Positions 37,787-53,353 are shown, counted from the stretch's first letter. The stretch: 64,000 nucleotides of DNA from an uncultured Gammaproteobacteria bacterium (GCA_963773065.1 CAVYZN010000032.1:224001-288000), one strand, 5' to 3'. Program-made: numbers and translations. The notes: generated by a model not told the origin, from the letters alone.

Positions 37787-38773
37787 CTATCGGGGTTCGA
37801 CCGCGGCGAGATGCCGGCCCACGGCCAGCCACGAACCGAGCAGGCCAAGGGCGATGCCGCCGCTCAGCAACGCCAGCAGGAGTTGCCACGGCCGGGTCTG
37901 CAGGGTGAAGGTGCCCGCATACAGGCCAACCAGGTGGTGTACCGGCGCCTCCAGCAGCCAAAACCCCAGTTCCACCACCAGCCAGGCAGTCGCCGCCCCC
38001 AGCACGCCGTACCAGATTCCGCTGTAGAGAAACGGCCGCCGCACGAAACCATTGGTCGCGCCTATCAGCTTGGTGACGACGATTTCCTCGCGCCGGTTCT
38101 GGATCTCCAGCCGGATGGTGTTGCCTACCACCAGCAGCACGGCGAGCGCGAGCAGGGCGCTGATGAGCAGCACGGCGCGTCGGGCGGTTTCCAGGATGGC
38201 GGCAAGTCGCTGTACCCACTGCAGGTCAAGCTGGACTTGGTCGATTTCCGGCAACTGGCGCAACTTCTCCTGCAGCATCCCGGCCGATACCGGATCCGTG
38301 GAATTCAGGGCCGGCGCCACCAGCAGCACCGCCGGCAGGGGGTTTTCATCCAGCGCCGCGAGCGCATCGGCGAAACCCGAGCGCCGGCGGAATTCCTCCA
38401 GCGCCTGCTCCGGCGTGATCAGCGTGACCTCGGCGACTTCCGGCCAGGCGCGCAACTGGTTTGCCAGGTCGGCGGCGGCATCCCCCCTGACCGGGTCTTT
38501 CAGAAACACCGACAGGCTGGCCTGCCCTTCCCAGGAGCCGCTGAGCCGATCGAGGTTGGCAAGCAGCAGATACAGGCCCGCGGGCAGGGCGAGCGCGATG
38601 CCGATCACCATGGCGGTCATCAGTGTGGCCAGGCCGTTGCGGTACAGGCGGCCCAGGCTGTCAACGGCCATCTGCGCATGGCGCGTCAGAAACGTGCGCG
38701 ACGAGAGTATCCGCCGCAGGGGTTCGCCGCCAGCGTGCGCCGGGCGGCGTCGGTTTGCGCCCCCCAGGTTCAT
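37787..38773 (-). CDS. ftsX: cell division permease FtsX
   Basis: IGIALALP, ENPLP, VGNTIRLEIQNRREEI, LIGATNGFVRRPFLY. Confidence 0.94.
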   Translation of the reverse strand: MNLGGANRRRPAHAGGEPLRRILSSRTFLTRHAQMAVDSLGRLYRNGLATLMTAMVIGIALALPAGLYLLLANLDRLSGSWEGQASLSVFLKDPVRGDAAADLANQLRAWPEVAEVTLITPEQALEEFRRRSGFADALAALDENPLPAVLLVAPALNSTDPVSAGMLQEKLRQLPEIDQVQLDLQWVQRLAAILETARRAVLLISALLALAVLLVVGNTIRLEIQNRREEIVVTKLIGATNGFVRRPFLYSGIWYGVLGAATAWLVVELGFWLLEAPVHHLVGLYAGTFTLQTRPWQLLLALLSGGIALGLLGSWLAVGRHLAAVEPR

Positions 38774-39437
38774 GCCGCCACCTTACCCGTCACGCGCCCG
38801 TGATCCAGCTTGATGACCGGATATTTGAACTGGTCGATCAGGGCGATGTCATGACTGGCGACGAGCACGCTGACTCCCACCCGGTTAAACAGGGCAAACA
38901 GAGTCCATGACCTCGCGCGAGAGGTCGGGGTCGAGGTTGCCGGTCGGTTCATCGGCCAGCAGCAGCAGCGGTTTGTTGACCACGGCGCGGGCGATGCCGA
39001 CCCGCTGTTGCTCGCCCCCGGAGAGGGTGATGGGGTAGAGCCGTTCCTTGTTGAGCAGGCCAACCTTGTCCAGCGCGGCGCGCACGCGCCGGCCGATTTC
39101 CTGGTGCCGGTAGCCGGCGATGATCAACGGCAGGGCGACATTGTCGAACACGGTCCGGTCAAACAGCAGGTGATGATCCTGGAAGATGAAGCCGATCTTG
39201 CGGCGTATGTAGGGGATGCCGCGCCGGCCGATGCGCGCCACATTCTGCCCGTCGACGAAGACCTGGCCGCTGGTGGCGTTTTCGATCACGGCGATCAACT
39301 TGAGCAGGGTGCTCTTCCCCGCGCCCGAATGCCCGGTAAGAAAGGCCATGGTGCCGGCTTCGAGGTGGAAACTGACGTTGCTCAAGCGCCTCGAACCCGC
39401 CCGGGTAACGTTTGCTGACGTTGTCGAACTGGATCAT
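38770..39437 (-). CDS. ftsE: cell division ATP-binding protein FtsE (frameshifts)
   Basis: [43 protein letters not shown]. Confidence 0.92.
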
Positions 39438-39456
39438 TACAGATCGACTGGACAGC

Positions 39457-40435
39457 TTATTGTTCCGTTTCAAACAGCGCATCGACGAATTCACCGGCGT
39501 CGAACTCACGCAGATTCTCGATGCCTTCGCCGACGCCGATGAAGCGGATGGGAATGCCCAGTTCCTGGCGATCGCGAAGATGATGCCGCCCTTGGCGGTG
39601 CCGTCGAGCTTGGTCAGCGCGATGCCGGTGAGTCCGACCACCTCGTGAAACTGCCGGGCTTGGTTGAGCGCGTTCTGTCCGGTGCCGGCGTCCACCACCA
39701 GCATCACCTCGTGGGGGGCGCTCGCATCGAGCTTGCCCAGCACGCGCCGGATCTTCTTCAGTTCCTCCATCAGGTTCGACTGGGTGTGCAGGCGCCCGGC
39801 GGTATCGGCGATAAGGACATCGATGCCGCGCGCCCGGGCCGCTTCCACGGCGTCGTAGATGACGGAGGCCGCATCGGCGCCCTGCTGCTGGGCGATGACC
39901 GGCACGCCGTTGCGCTCGCCCCAGGTCTGCAACTGCTCCACGGCGGCGGCGCGAAAGGTATCACCGGCGGCGAGCATGACCGTGCGGCCGTCCTGGCGCA
40001 GGCGATGGGCCAGTTTGCCGATGGTGGTGGTCTTGCCGGCGCCGTTGATGCCGACCATGAGGATGACATAGGGACGCGTTTCCCGCGGTATCATGAGCGG
40101 CACGCTGACGGGTTCGAGGATCGCCCGCATGTCCTCATGCAGGGCGTCCATCAACGACTCGGCATTGCCCAGTTCCTTGCGCGAGACGCGCTGCCGTAAG
40201 GTCGTCGATGATCTCGCGGGTGGCCTCGACGCCGACATCGGCCAGCAGCAAGGTGGTCTCGATCTCCTCCAGCAGGTGCGGCATCGATGGCCTTGCCGCC
40301 GAGCACCAGCGAGGCCACGCCCTCGGTCAGGCTGTGGCGGGTGCGCGCCAGGCCGGATTTCAACCGGGCGAACAGGCCGGCCTTCCGTGGTTTGTCCTCG
40401 TCCTCGGCGGTCTTGTTTTTTCGGAACCCAAGCAT
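39457..40435 (-). CDS. ftsY: SRP receptor FtsY (short N-terminus; frameshifts)
   Basis: [40 protein letters not shown]. Confidence 0.93.
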
Positions 40436-40542
40436 GGAATGCGTTGTCAGTGATTGCATTGCGGGGACAGGACCCCATGAGGCGTGTATCCTACCACCCC
40501 CGGCCCATCCGGGTTAACAGGCGAAACATCCGGAGAAAACGA

Positions 40543-41923
40543 ATGCGACTTGTCTTGTCGGCCATGCTGCTGGCCTGCTGTCATTCCGTCTGTTGCGGCA
40601 GGGGCGGTACATGAATACCAACTGGCGAACGGCCTCAAGCTGGTCGTGAAGGAGGACCATCGCGCCCCGGTGGTGGTTTCCCAAGTGTGGTACAAGGTCG
40701 GCTCCAGCTACGAGCATGACGGCATCACCGGCCTGTCGCACATGCTGGAGCACATGATGTTCCAGGGCACGAAAAACCACGCCCCGGGCGAGTTTTCCCG
40801 CATCATCGCCGAAAACGGCGGGGAGGAGAACGCCTTTACCGGCCAGGACTACACCGCCTACTACCAGCGCCTGGAGAAAAGCCGGCTGCCGGTGAGCTTC
40901 GAGCTGGAAGCCGATCGCATGCGCAACTTGCTGTTGCAGCAGCAGGAATATGACAAGGAGCTGAAGGTGGTGATGGAGGAACGGCGTCTGCGCACCGAAG
41001 ACCAGCCCACGTCGCTGACTTCTGAACAGTTTAGCGCCGTCGCCTTCACCACCAGTTCCTACCGCATTCCAACCATCGGCTGGATGAGTGACCTCGAAAA
41101 CATGCGACTTGAGGACCTGCAGGGCTGGTATGAGCGCTGGTACGCGCCGAACAATGCGGTGGTCGTGGTCGTCGGCGACGTCGTGCCCGAGGAGGTGCTG
41201 AAGCTGGCGAGAAAATATTTCGAACCGCTCAAGCCCGAAACCATCGTCCCGCCCAAGCCCTGCATCGAACCCAAACAGGAGGGGCCGCGGCGCATCACGG
41301 TCGAGGTGCCCGCCGAGGTGCCTTACTTGCTGATGGGCTACAAGGTGCCGGTATTGAAAACGGCCGGGGAAGACTGGGAGCCCTATGCCCTGGAGGTGCT
41401 GGCCGGGATACTGGATGGAGGCGACAGCGCGCGGCTGACCCGCAACCTGGTGCGCGGCGCGCAGGTGGCGGCCAGCGCCGGCGCCGGTTACAGCCTGTAC
41501 GATCGCCAGGCAAGCCTGTTCCTGCTGGATGGCACGCCGGCGAACTCGACCAGCATGGAGGCGCTGGAGACGGCGCTGCATGCGCAAGTAAAACAGTTGC
41601 AGGAGGCGCCCGTCACGGATGCGGAGCTGGCGCGGGTCAAGGCGCAGGTGGTGGCGGGCGATGTGTACGAGAAGGATTCGATCATGAACCAGGCCATGCA
41701 GATCGGCGAACTGGAGACGGTCGGGCTGGACTGGTCGCTGATGGACGAGTACGTCGCGCGGGTCAACGCCGTCACCGCCGCGCAGGTGCAGGCGGTGGCG
41801 CGGAAGTATCTGGTGGAGGAACGACAGACGGTCGCCATGCTGAAACCCCTGCCCATGGAGACCGGCCGCAAACCGCGTCCTGCACTGCCGGGAGATGAGA
41901 AACCATGTACGCTGATCGGATGA
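40543..41923 (+). CDS. M16-family zinc peptidase, catalytic subunit
   Basis: Inverted zincin motif HMLEH, WYKVGS, ENAFT, WYAPNNA. Confidence 0.92.
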
Positions 41924-43234
41924 AGCGGAGTGCACGGAGCGGCGCCGGTGCGCTGCTCGTCTGGCTGTTCACGGCCGGTGTCGCGCAGGCCATGCCGGCG
42001 ATCCAGCACTGGACGACGGAGAACGGTGCGCGTGTATATTTCGTGCCGGCGCCGGAATTGCCGATGGTGGATGTGCGCGTGGTGTTCGCGGCCGGCAGCG
42101 CCCGTGATGGCGCACGCCCCGGACTGGCGGGGCTGACCAACAGCCTGCTGGACAAGGGCGCCGCCGGGCTGTCCGCCGACACGATCGCGGCCCGGCTGGA
42201 GGGCATGGGTGCGCAACTCGGCAACGGCTCGCTGCGGGATATGGCCTGGGTGTCGCTGCGCAGCCTGAGTGACGCGGCGCATTTCGATCCCGCCGTCGAG
42301 CTGATGGTCAAGGTGCTGGGCCAGCCGGACTTCAACCAGCGGGACGTCGATCGCGAACGCGAACGCACCCTGGTGGCGCTGCGCAGCAGCGAACAGCAAC
42401 CGGAGGACATCGCGGAATACCACTACTATGCCGCCATCTACGACAAACACCCCTATGCCAGCCGTCCGATCGGCACCGAGGCCAGCCTGAAGAAGCTGAC
42501 GCGCCGGGATATCAAGGATTTTCACGCCAGGTATTACGTGGCGGGCAACGCGACGATTGCCATCGTGGGGGATATCGACCGCCAGGGCGCCGAACGGCTG
42601 GCCCGGCAGTTGTCCGCCGGACTTCCGGCCGGCGATCCCGCCGCGCCGCTGCCGCTCGTGACGCCCCTGACAAAAGCGAGTGAGGAACACATCTTTCATC
42701 CTTCCACGCAGACCCACGTACTCATGGGGGCGCCCGCCATCAGTCGCAAGGATCCGGATTTCTTTCCCCTCTATGTGGGCAACCACATACTGGGCGGGGG
42801 TGGTCTGGTGTCGCAGCTCTATGAAGAGATCCGTGAAAAGCGCGGTCTTTCCTACAGCGTCTCCAGCGCTTTTACGCCCATGCAGAAGGAGGGCCCCTTC
42901 AGTCTCGGCCTGCAGACGCGCAACGACCAACTGGAGGAGGCGCTGCGGGGTGTTGCGCGCGACTCTCAAGCGGTTTCTCGATCAGGGTCCCACGGAAAAG
43001 GAACTGGTTGCCGCCAAGAAAAATATCACCGGCGGCTTTGCCCTGCGCATCGACAGCAACAGCAAGATCATCGAATACCTCGCCGTGATCGGTTTCTACG
43101 GGCTGCCGCTCGACTACCTGGAAACCTTCAATGACAAGGTCATGGCCGTGACGCGCGAGCAGATCCGCGATGCGTTCCAGCGCCGTGTGCATCCCGATGA
43201 GATGGCGACCATCATCGTGGGCGGGAATGAATGA
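41905..43234 (+). CDS. M16-family peptidase, non-catalytic partner (frameshift near 42950)
   Basis: ELPMVDV, HPYA, EIREKRGLSYSV; no HxxEH motif. Confidence 0.9.
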
Positions 43235-43424
43235 CGCCGGATTGATTGGACCGGCCGACGTGCCGCTCACAAGCCCGTGCCCCGTGTCATACAAATCCGG
43301 CCGGAGCTGACTGACAGCCGTCGCGGGGACGCGCGCCCAGACTGTGCAGCAGGATATCCGTGAGCAATCTGAGCGAAGATATCCGGGTCAAAGCGTTCAA
43401 GCCTAATTTCACAAGGAGGTTATT

Positions 43425-44087
43425 ATGTCCAGGGAACGGACACCTATTCATCTGCCAGCCTGCGTGCTGGGTCTTGCCGGGACCGTCCTGGTCTCGAGCG
43501 TTCATGCCGGTACCGTGATATCCGAGGCGCTGTATGACGCCGCCACCACCGACAATGGCAATGTGTTCGTCGAGCTGTTCGGAACCCCGGGGACGGTGCT
43601 CGATGGTCTGTCGCTGGAAGGCGTCAATGGCACGGATGGCAGCGTGTACCTGTCACAGGCCCTGACGGGCGTGATTCCCGGTGACGGGGTCTTCCTCATC
43701 GCCGATGACAGCGGCGACGGGACCACGCTGGTCGGCGATGCGGACCTTGTGCTGGATATCGATTTCCAGAACGGGCCGGATTCCATCGTGCTGCGTAACG
43801 GCGCCGGCATGCTCGATGCCCTGGGTTACGGCGATTTCACCACCAGTGTCTTTGCCGGCGAGGGCAGCGCGGCGCCGGATGCGCCGGCGGGCAGCAGTCT
43901 CGCGCGCCTCGATCCGCTGACGGACAGCAACGATAACCTCAGTGATTTCGCCGTGCTCGGGACGCCGACACCCGGCAGCGTACCGGTGGTGAGCGCCGTG
44001 CCCCTGCCCCCGGCCTTGGGTCTGTTCCTGTCCGGGATAGTTGGACTGTTCGCCGTGTCGCGCAACCGGGCGGGTCCGGCGGTCTGA
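43425..44087 (+). CDS. secreted lamin-tail-like protein with VPLPA/PEP-CTERM-type sorting tail
   Basis: Signal peptide; VISEALYD...FVEL, FQNGPDSIVL, PTPG; C-terminal VPLPPALGLFLSGIVGLFAVSRNR. Confidence 0.75.
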   Translation: MSRERTPIHLPACVLGLAGTVLVSSVHAGTVISEALYDAATTDNGNVFVELFGTPGTVLDGLSLEGVNGTDGSVYLSQALTGVIPGDGVFLIADDSGDGTTLVGDADLVLDIDFQNGPDSIVLRNGAGMLDALGYGDFTTSVFAGEGSAAPDAPAGSSLARLDPLTDSNDNLSDFAVLGTPTPGSVPVVSAVPLPPALGLFLSGIVGLFAVSRNRAGPAV

Positions 44088-44096
44088 TGGTCCACG

Positions 44097-44131
44097 CACC
44101 GCAAAGACGTGTACTTCGCGTCTTTGCGGTG
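44097..44131. repeat. family A hairpin (minimal form)
   Basis: caccgcaaagacg-tgtacttcg-cgtctttgcggtg with perfect 13-bp arms. Confidence 0.85.
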
Positions 44132-44200
44132 AGTAATTCACCCGTATTTCCCGGGATGGCTGCGATTCTCATTTGACGGACTGGGAGGGAGTGCGCATGA

Positions 44201-45295
<1,095 letters not shown>

Positions 45296-45317
45296 TAAAT
45301 CCGTTTTCGCTTGTTAG

Positions 45318-47334
<2,017 letters not shown>

Positions 47335-47384
47335 CCATGGCCCAAAACGAAGGCGTTAGTAACTATGAACTCCAGGCGTCGCCC

Positions 47385-48867
47385 TCATCGGGCGACGGTG
47401 TGATGCCGCTTGTCCAGCCGCCGCACGAATTCCTTCATGATGCACAGATACAGTTCATCCTTGAGCACCTTGTCCTCGACCCGTGACTCGATGCTGGGAT
47501 TGTCATTGACTTCGATGACATAGACGCCGTTCGCCGGTCTGCTTGATATCGACGCCGTAAAGGCCGTTGCCGATGGGGTCTGCCGCCTTCAGGGCTACCG
47601 CGACGACTTCCTCGGGTACCGACTCCACCGACCAGGTCTTCCAGCCGCCCATGACGACCTTGCCGCCATCGCCGTAACGCACGATCTGCCAGTGCTTGCG
47701 GGACATGAAATACTGCGAGGCATAGAGCGGCACGCGATTGAGTATGCCGATGCGCCAGTCGAATTCGGTGTACAGGAATTCCTGCGCCAGTATCAGTTCC
47801 GAGGCCTTGAACAGGTGTTCCGTGTATTCGTGCATCTGCTCCGGATTCTCCGCCTTGTACACGCCCTGCGAGAACGAGCCGTCCGGCACCTTGAGCACCA
47901 TCGGATAACCAATCGCCTCTTCCGCCGCCTGCAGGTCGCGCTTGCCGAGGATCACCGTGTTTGGGGTCGGCACCCGGTGCGCGCGCAGCAGCTCGGCGAG
48001 GTAGACCTTGTTGGTGCAGCGCAGGATGGACTGCGGATCATCGATCACCACCATGCCTTCACTCTCGGCCTTCTTGGAGAAACGGTAGGTATAGTGGTTG
48101 ATGCGCGTGGTTTCACGGATGAATAGGGCGTCGTACTCCGCGACCCGCGCGTAATCGCCCCGGTCTATCAGTTCCACGTCGACGCCGAGGGTCTTGCCGG
48201 CCTTGATGAACGAGCTGAGCGCCTTCTCATCCGAGGGCGGCATGGTGTCCTCCGGGTTGTGCAGGATGGCCAGATCGTAACGCGCCAGACTGCGGGTGCG
48301 CGGCAGACGCCAGCGGCGCTGCAGATAGGCGGAGACGGCCTCGATGAAGAACTTCTCGTTGTAATTGTCCAGCTTGTTGACGGACAGCGGCTTGATGGAT
48401 ACCACGTGCCACTTCTCCTGGCGCCGGAACATCACGCGCGTCAGCGGGCAGGGGAACGTCTCGAAGATGTGGCGCGCCAGTTCCGTCAGGCCGGGATAGC
48501 GGCATCGGCCGAAGAACACATCCATCTCGAACAGCGATTCGATGCTGTCCTTGCGGTGCTTGCGCAGGCTCTTCTGCACCAGTTCATCCAGATTGATCGA
48601 CTCCAGGCTGTACATCGCCTTGCTGCTGAGATCCATCATGGTCTTGACGGTTGGAATGATGCGGTGATGGCGCGCCTCGGCGAGCAGGGAGGTGTAGTAC
48701 CCCACGCTCAGGTAGCGGTAGCTGCGGCACAGGTTGATCACCTGCACGCCCTTCAGCTTGAAGTACTCCTGGCCGGTGAGGTAGTCGTCCACGTGCACCA
48801 CGGGGCAGCCTACCTCCATGAAATCGAGGTCGGCCTTGTTTTCCAATACGATCAACTGCTGGGTCAT
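47385..48867 (-). CDS. RimK-family ATP-grasp ligase with N-terminal extension (frameshift near 47530)
   Basis: VINLCRSYRYLSVGYYTSLLAEAR, ALFIRETT, LKVPDGSFS, LYGVDIKQ, then IEVNDNPSI in the next frame. Confidence 0.88.
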
Positions 48868-49164
48868 CTCCTGTCTTCTCCGCCTGGCGCTACGCTTGCG
48901 TATGATCCGTTCCCGACCTGCGTCACCTCCACGTTCACGCGCCGGTGGCGCGAGTGCAGAGGAAGCAGGATTACGGTCTCGTTGCTCCAGCCTCGCACGT
49001 CGAAGCCGCGATGATAGTCCGCCGGCGCGAGTCCGTATACCCCGCAACCCCCGTGGCCGCATTGACAACACGACAGCGCCACGCGCCGCCCGTTTGCCCA
49101 CGAATTTTTCTAACGAGGCATATTTTGCTTGTCCCGCGCGATGGCGGCGGCTCACAATCGCGGC

Positions 49165-50328
49165 ATGAACCACGCCGTTCCCCCGCTGCGGGAGATGCTG
49201 CAACGGCTGATCGGCGCGCCCTCGGTCAGCAGCGTCAGTCCCGAGTTCGACCAGAGCAACCGGGCCGTCATCGACCTCCTGGCCGAGTGGCTGGACGGTC
49301 TGGGTTTCGCCGTCGAGGTCCTGCCGCTTGCCCGTCAGCCGCACAAGGCCAACCTGATCGCCACCCTGGGCCGGGGAGCGGGAGGGCTGGTGCTCGCCGG
49401 CCATACCGACACCGTCCCCTACGATGTCGGGCAGTGGCGCTACGACCCGTTCCGGCTGACCGAGGCCGACAACCGGCTGTACGGGCTCGGCACCTCCGAC
49501 ATGAAGGGCTTTTTCGCCCTGGCCATCGAGGCCGCGCGCCACTGCCGGGCCGGTGAACTGCGGGAGCCGCTGATCATCCTCGCCACCGCCGACGAGGAGA
49601 GTTCCATGGACGGCGCCAAGGACCTGGTGGCGCTCGGGCGCCCCAGGGCGCGTTACGCGCTCATCGGCGAGCCGACCGGACTGCATCCGGTGCACATGCA
49701 TAAGGGCATCATCATGGAAGCCATCCATGTGCACGGCCATGCGGGACATTCCAGCAATCCGCAACTGGGCGCCAATGCGCTGGAGGGCATGCACAAGGTG
49801 CTCGGGGACCTGCTTGCCTGGCGCGGGGAACTGCAGGCAGGCTACCGCGATCCGCGCTTCGCCGTGCCGGTGCCGACGCTCAATCCCGGCTATATCCACG
49901 GCGGGGACAATCCCAACCGGATCTGCGCCCACTGCGAGCTGCACTTCGACCTGCGGGTGCTGCCGGGCATGGATCTCGAGGCGCTGCGCCATGCCCTCGA
50001 TGAACGCCTGGCCGGCCTGCTGGCCGGCAGTTCCCTGCGCGTGGAACGCCGCTCGCTCATCGACGGTACGCCACCCCTGCATACACCCGCCGACTCTCCG
50101 ATCGTGCGGGCGGCCGAGCGCCTCACCGGCCATCCCGCCGAAGCGGTCGCCTTCTGCACCGAGGGTCCGTACCTCAACGCCCTCGGCATGGACAGCATCA
50201 TCCTCGGACCCGGCGACATCGCCCAGGCCCATCAGCCCGACGAGTACCTCGGCCTGGAGCGGATCCAGCCCATGGTCAGGCTGCTGCGCGAACTCATCAC
50301 GCGTTTCTGTGTCCAGCCGGTGCCTTAA
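49165..50328 (+). CDS. argE: acetylornithine deacetylase
   Basis: LAGHTDTVP, GTSDMKGF, ADEES, IGEPT, QAHQPDE. Confidence 0.92.
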   Translation: MNHAVPPLREMLQRLIGAPSVSSVSPEFDQSNRAVIDLLAEWLDGLGFAVEVLPLARQPHKANLIATLGRGAGGLVLAGHTDTVPYDVGQWRYDPFRLTEADNRLYGLGTSDMKGFFALAIEAARHCRAGELREPLIILATADEESSMDGAKDLVALGRPRARYALIGEPTGLHPVHMHKGIIMEAIHVHGHAGHSSNPQLGANALEGMHKVLGDLLAWRGELQAGYRDPRFAVPVPTLNPGYIHGGDNPNRICAHCELHFDLRVLPGMDLEALRHALDERLAGLLAGSSLRVERRSLIDGTPPLHTPADSPIVRAAERLTGHPAEAVAFCTEGPYLNALGMDSIILGPGDIAQAHQPDEYLGLERIQPMVRLLRELITRFCVQPVP

Positions 50329-50342
50329 CCCGAGAGATCTGC

Positions 50343-51122
50343 TCAGGGCTCGAGGGAATACTGCTCACCGCCGAATTTGTAGACCTGGTTGTCTGACGGC
50401 TCGTCAGGCTCCGCGGATTCCGCTGCGCCATTGTTTCTCTTGACCAGGATGTCGTAATAGCCCCCGCTGGTTTGCGGCAGGGTACCCATCTGCCAGGAGC
50501 CGGTCGGCAGGTTCTGCTCCTCATACAGGTAGCCATGCCTTTCGGTTGCGATGGAAAGGACCTTCCGATACTTGCCATCGATCGCCGTGTAGATGTCGAG
50601 AAACGCATCCCACGCCCCGCGCTGGTCGTCGCTCAATTCGATCACGACGCCAAACCTGTCGGGTCCCAGCTCCATTACCCCGATGCTCTCCGGTGGGCTG
50701 CCCCAGTTCCCCGCCGCGATCTCCCCGATACTGCGGACACCGGGCGCCCAGCCGCCCGCGACCGGTTCGAATTCCACCAGGCTCAGACGGGGTGCGCAGT
50801 CACGGCAATCGAAGGGCTCGGGCTTGGTATAGGCGGCCACCAGGTGGCGTTCCCCGCCGGCGTAGGCCAGGCGGTAATAATCATAGATGTAATGATGCAG
50901 GGCCACGCTGCTGTAGGGCTCCATGTCAAAGCCGAAGGCCGCGCCGTCCCCGTGACCGCGCAGCAAGCCGATGACGTAGCGTCCCGCCTCGATGTTATTC
51001 CACTCTCCCGCGATGACCGGCTCCTCTGCATGCCGCTGCGACAGGAAGTACCTCCCGCCGAACAGCAGGAGCAGGCCGGCGATAGCCGCCAGCAACACCC
51101 GAAAACCGTTGAATCTTTTCAT
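50343..51122 (-). CDS. hypothetical membrane-anchored protein
   Basis: 259-aa ORF with N-terminal TM and a DCRDCAP motif; co-oriented with the upstream permease. Confidence 0.65.
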   Translation of the reverse strand: MKRFNGFRVLLAAIAGLLLLFGGRYFLSQRHAEEPVIAGEWNNIEAGRYVIGLLRGHGDGAAFGFDMEPYSSVALHHYIYDYYRLAYAGGERHLVAAYTKPEPFDCRDCAPRLSLVEFEPVAGGWAPGVRSIGEIAAGNWGSPPESIGVMELGPDRFGVVIELSDDQRGAWDAFLDIYTAIDGKYRKVLSIATERHGYLYEEQNLPTGSWQMGTLPQTSGGYYDILVKRNNGAAESAEPDEPSDNQVYKFGGEQYSLEP

Positions 51123-51134
51123 GAGCCGTGTGTT

Positions 51135-51801
51135 TTATTTGCCGTGTAAATACCAGCGATCGTGAAACGTCGACACCCAGCGCGGCCGGTAGGCCACCAG
51201 CAGTGTCATGGCCATGCCGTTGAGGAAGCCCTCGCCGAACATCAGCATGGGTATGAACAATCAGGTAGGCCCCGCCGCTCCGGTTCACCGAATCCCCCGG
51301 CGCCAGGGTCAGGATGGCCGCGGCGGCCAGCCCGCACAGCAGTATACCCAGCGCCCCGGCGAGAAAGGCATTCAGAAATACATAGATGAAGAAATTATGC
51401 GTCAGCCAGCGCTGGCTTGCATATAACAGAACGCGGGTAAACAGCACGGGCAAGGCGCCCATCACCAGGGCATTCAGGGCAAACGCCTCCCAGCCGGCCG
51501 GACCTTGCCAGGTCGTGACCAGCAGGACCAGGCTGACCGCCAGCAAGGCAAACTGCCAGTCGAACATCAGGCACAGGGAGGTCACGCCGAGCAGATGATA
51601 ATTATGGCCCGGCGCGATGCCGGCGCGCAGCGTCCACAGCACGGCCACGATGGCCACGGCCGCGAAATAGACATGCGAGGCCTCGTTGTCGGCGAGCTTC
51701 GACCAGGGCGCCGTCAGCAGCGCGCCGGCGAGCAGCAGGCCGTAGAGCAGGGCCGCGCCCCACAGAATGCCTGCGGGCAGCAGGCCGGCTGGAATGTCCA
51801 T
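51135..51801 (-). CDS. CbiM-like/ECF-type permease (frameshift near 51260)
   Basis: YHLLGVT, HNFFIYVFLNAF; next frame gives FGEGFLNGM...YRPRWVSTF. Confidence 0.75.
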
Positions 51802-52034
51802 AACGAGTCGCAGAACAATCGCATGAGGGTTCAGCCTAGCCTGAACCCTTGGCGAAGAAAAGCTGCCCCGCGGAGGTTTACGCGACGCAGTTTGGCTGCG
51901 ATGCCCGCGAGCGTGCGGCGGCGAAACGGTCAGGCGCCGCGGCGCGGCGTACACGGCGATCACGCGGTCAGGTCAGCGCGGACGAGGATGACGCGGCCAT
52001 ACGCCGCAGGTTCCTGGGTTGCGCCGCCATGCCG

Positions 52035-52346
52035 CTAGGCGGACATGGTCAGATACAGCCTGACTAGCACCACCACAATCGCGATGCCGATCAGACCCAG
52101 CACGATGGTGAGCGCGTGATTTTTCCGCCAGCCCCTGAAAATCCAGTAGCTTTGCAGGCCGGTAAAGCCCGCCGCCGTGCCAATGACCAGCACCATATCC
52201 TTGCGAGGGATTTCCATGGGCAACAGGAAGATGAAGAAGAAGACGAACGCCACTCCCAGAGGAGTCAGTGAGAATATCCAGTCCTCCATTTCCTGTGGGT
52301 TCCTGCTGGTTTTCAACAACTTGTTGAGTTTGCTTTCATTCGCCAT
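52035..52346 (-). CDS. small 3-TM hypothetical protein
   Basis: MANESKL...WIFSLTPLGVAFVFFFIFL; lower GC. Confidence 0.7.
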   Translation of the reverse strand: MANESKLNKLLKTSRNPQEMEDWIFSLTPLGVAFVFFFIFLLPMEIPRKDMVLVIGTAAGFTGLQSYWIFRGWRKNHALTIVLGLIGIAIVVVLVRLYLTMSA

Positions 52347-52410
52347 CTGATTGTCTCCTTGATTCAATAGTCAAACAGTCTGAATATTATCAAAAACTAA
52401 TTATATAATG

Positions 52411-52424
52411 TTGACTCAGGTCAA
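52411..52424. promoter_or_regulatory. FNR/CRP-family-like palindrome
   Basis: ttgac-tcag-gtcaa versus TTGAT-N4-ATCAA, in the AT-rich region upstream of the 3-TM gene. Confidence 0.5.
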
Positions 52425-52599
52425 TTTTCCAGGAGACGGAAGGAGTGGCGGCGTGTCTTCGGCGTCAAGTCTTGAATCCAGGGTCCGGTTTAGGAGAAGG
52501 ATACCGCGGTAGGGGAACGCTCGCTAATCAAGACCTGATCCCATGAACACGCGCCGCGCGGTACTATCGGGAAAACACGCGTGTGTGAACCTTACAGCC

Positions 52600-53222
52600 A
52601 TGACGATCGACGACAAACCCCGCTGCGGCTGGATGGGCGATGACGAGCTGATGCGGCGCTACCATGACGAGGAATGGGGCGTGCCGGTGCACGATGACCG
52701 CAAATGGTTCGAGTACCTCGTGCTCGACGCCTTCCAGGCGGGCCTGTCGTGGAAGACGGTGCTGCACAAGCGGGAAGGCTTCCGCAAGGTGTTCCGCGAT
52801 TTCGATCCCGCGCGCGTGGCGCGCATCTCGCAGAAGCACATCGCCGCGGCCTGCGCCAACCCGGCCATCATCCGCAACCGCCTGAAGATCGAGGCCGCGG
52901 TGAAGCAATGCGCGGGCCTTTATCGATACTGCAGGAGCGCCAGGGTTCCTTCGATGCCTTCATCTGGTCGTTCACCGACGGGGAAATCATCCGCAATGCC
53001 TGGACGGCGCTGGACCAGGTGCCCGCCTCGACACCCCTATCCGACGCCGTCAGCCGGTCGCTGAAGCAAGCGGGCTTCTCCTTCGTCGGCAGCACCATCT
53101 GCTACGCCTTTCTGCAGGCGGGCGGAATCGTCAACGACCACCTCGTGCACTGCTTCCGCCACCGGGAGCTTGGCGGGAAGCGGGAAAGTACCAGGGTCGC
53201 AGGCGACAGTATCCGGTCTTGA
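52600..53222 (+). CDS. tag: DNA-3-methyladenine glycosylase I (frameshift near 52905)
   Basis: RCGW, YHDEEWGVP, FQAGLSW, IIRNRLKI, FVGSTICYAFLQAGGIVNDH. Confidence 0.93.
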
Positions 53223-53353
53223 ATGCAGGACACCAGCCGTGTGCTTCGCGCAACGCACCGACATTCGCAGCCGGTTCGCGCTCCGGCTGAGCGCCGGGTA
53301 GGGCGAGTAGCGATTGTCGCCTTGCGTAGCGGGGTCCACCCGCGCGCGGCGCC

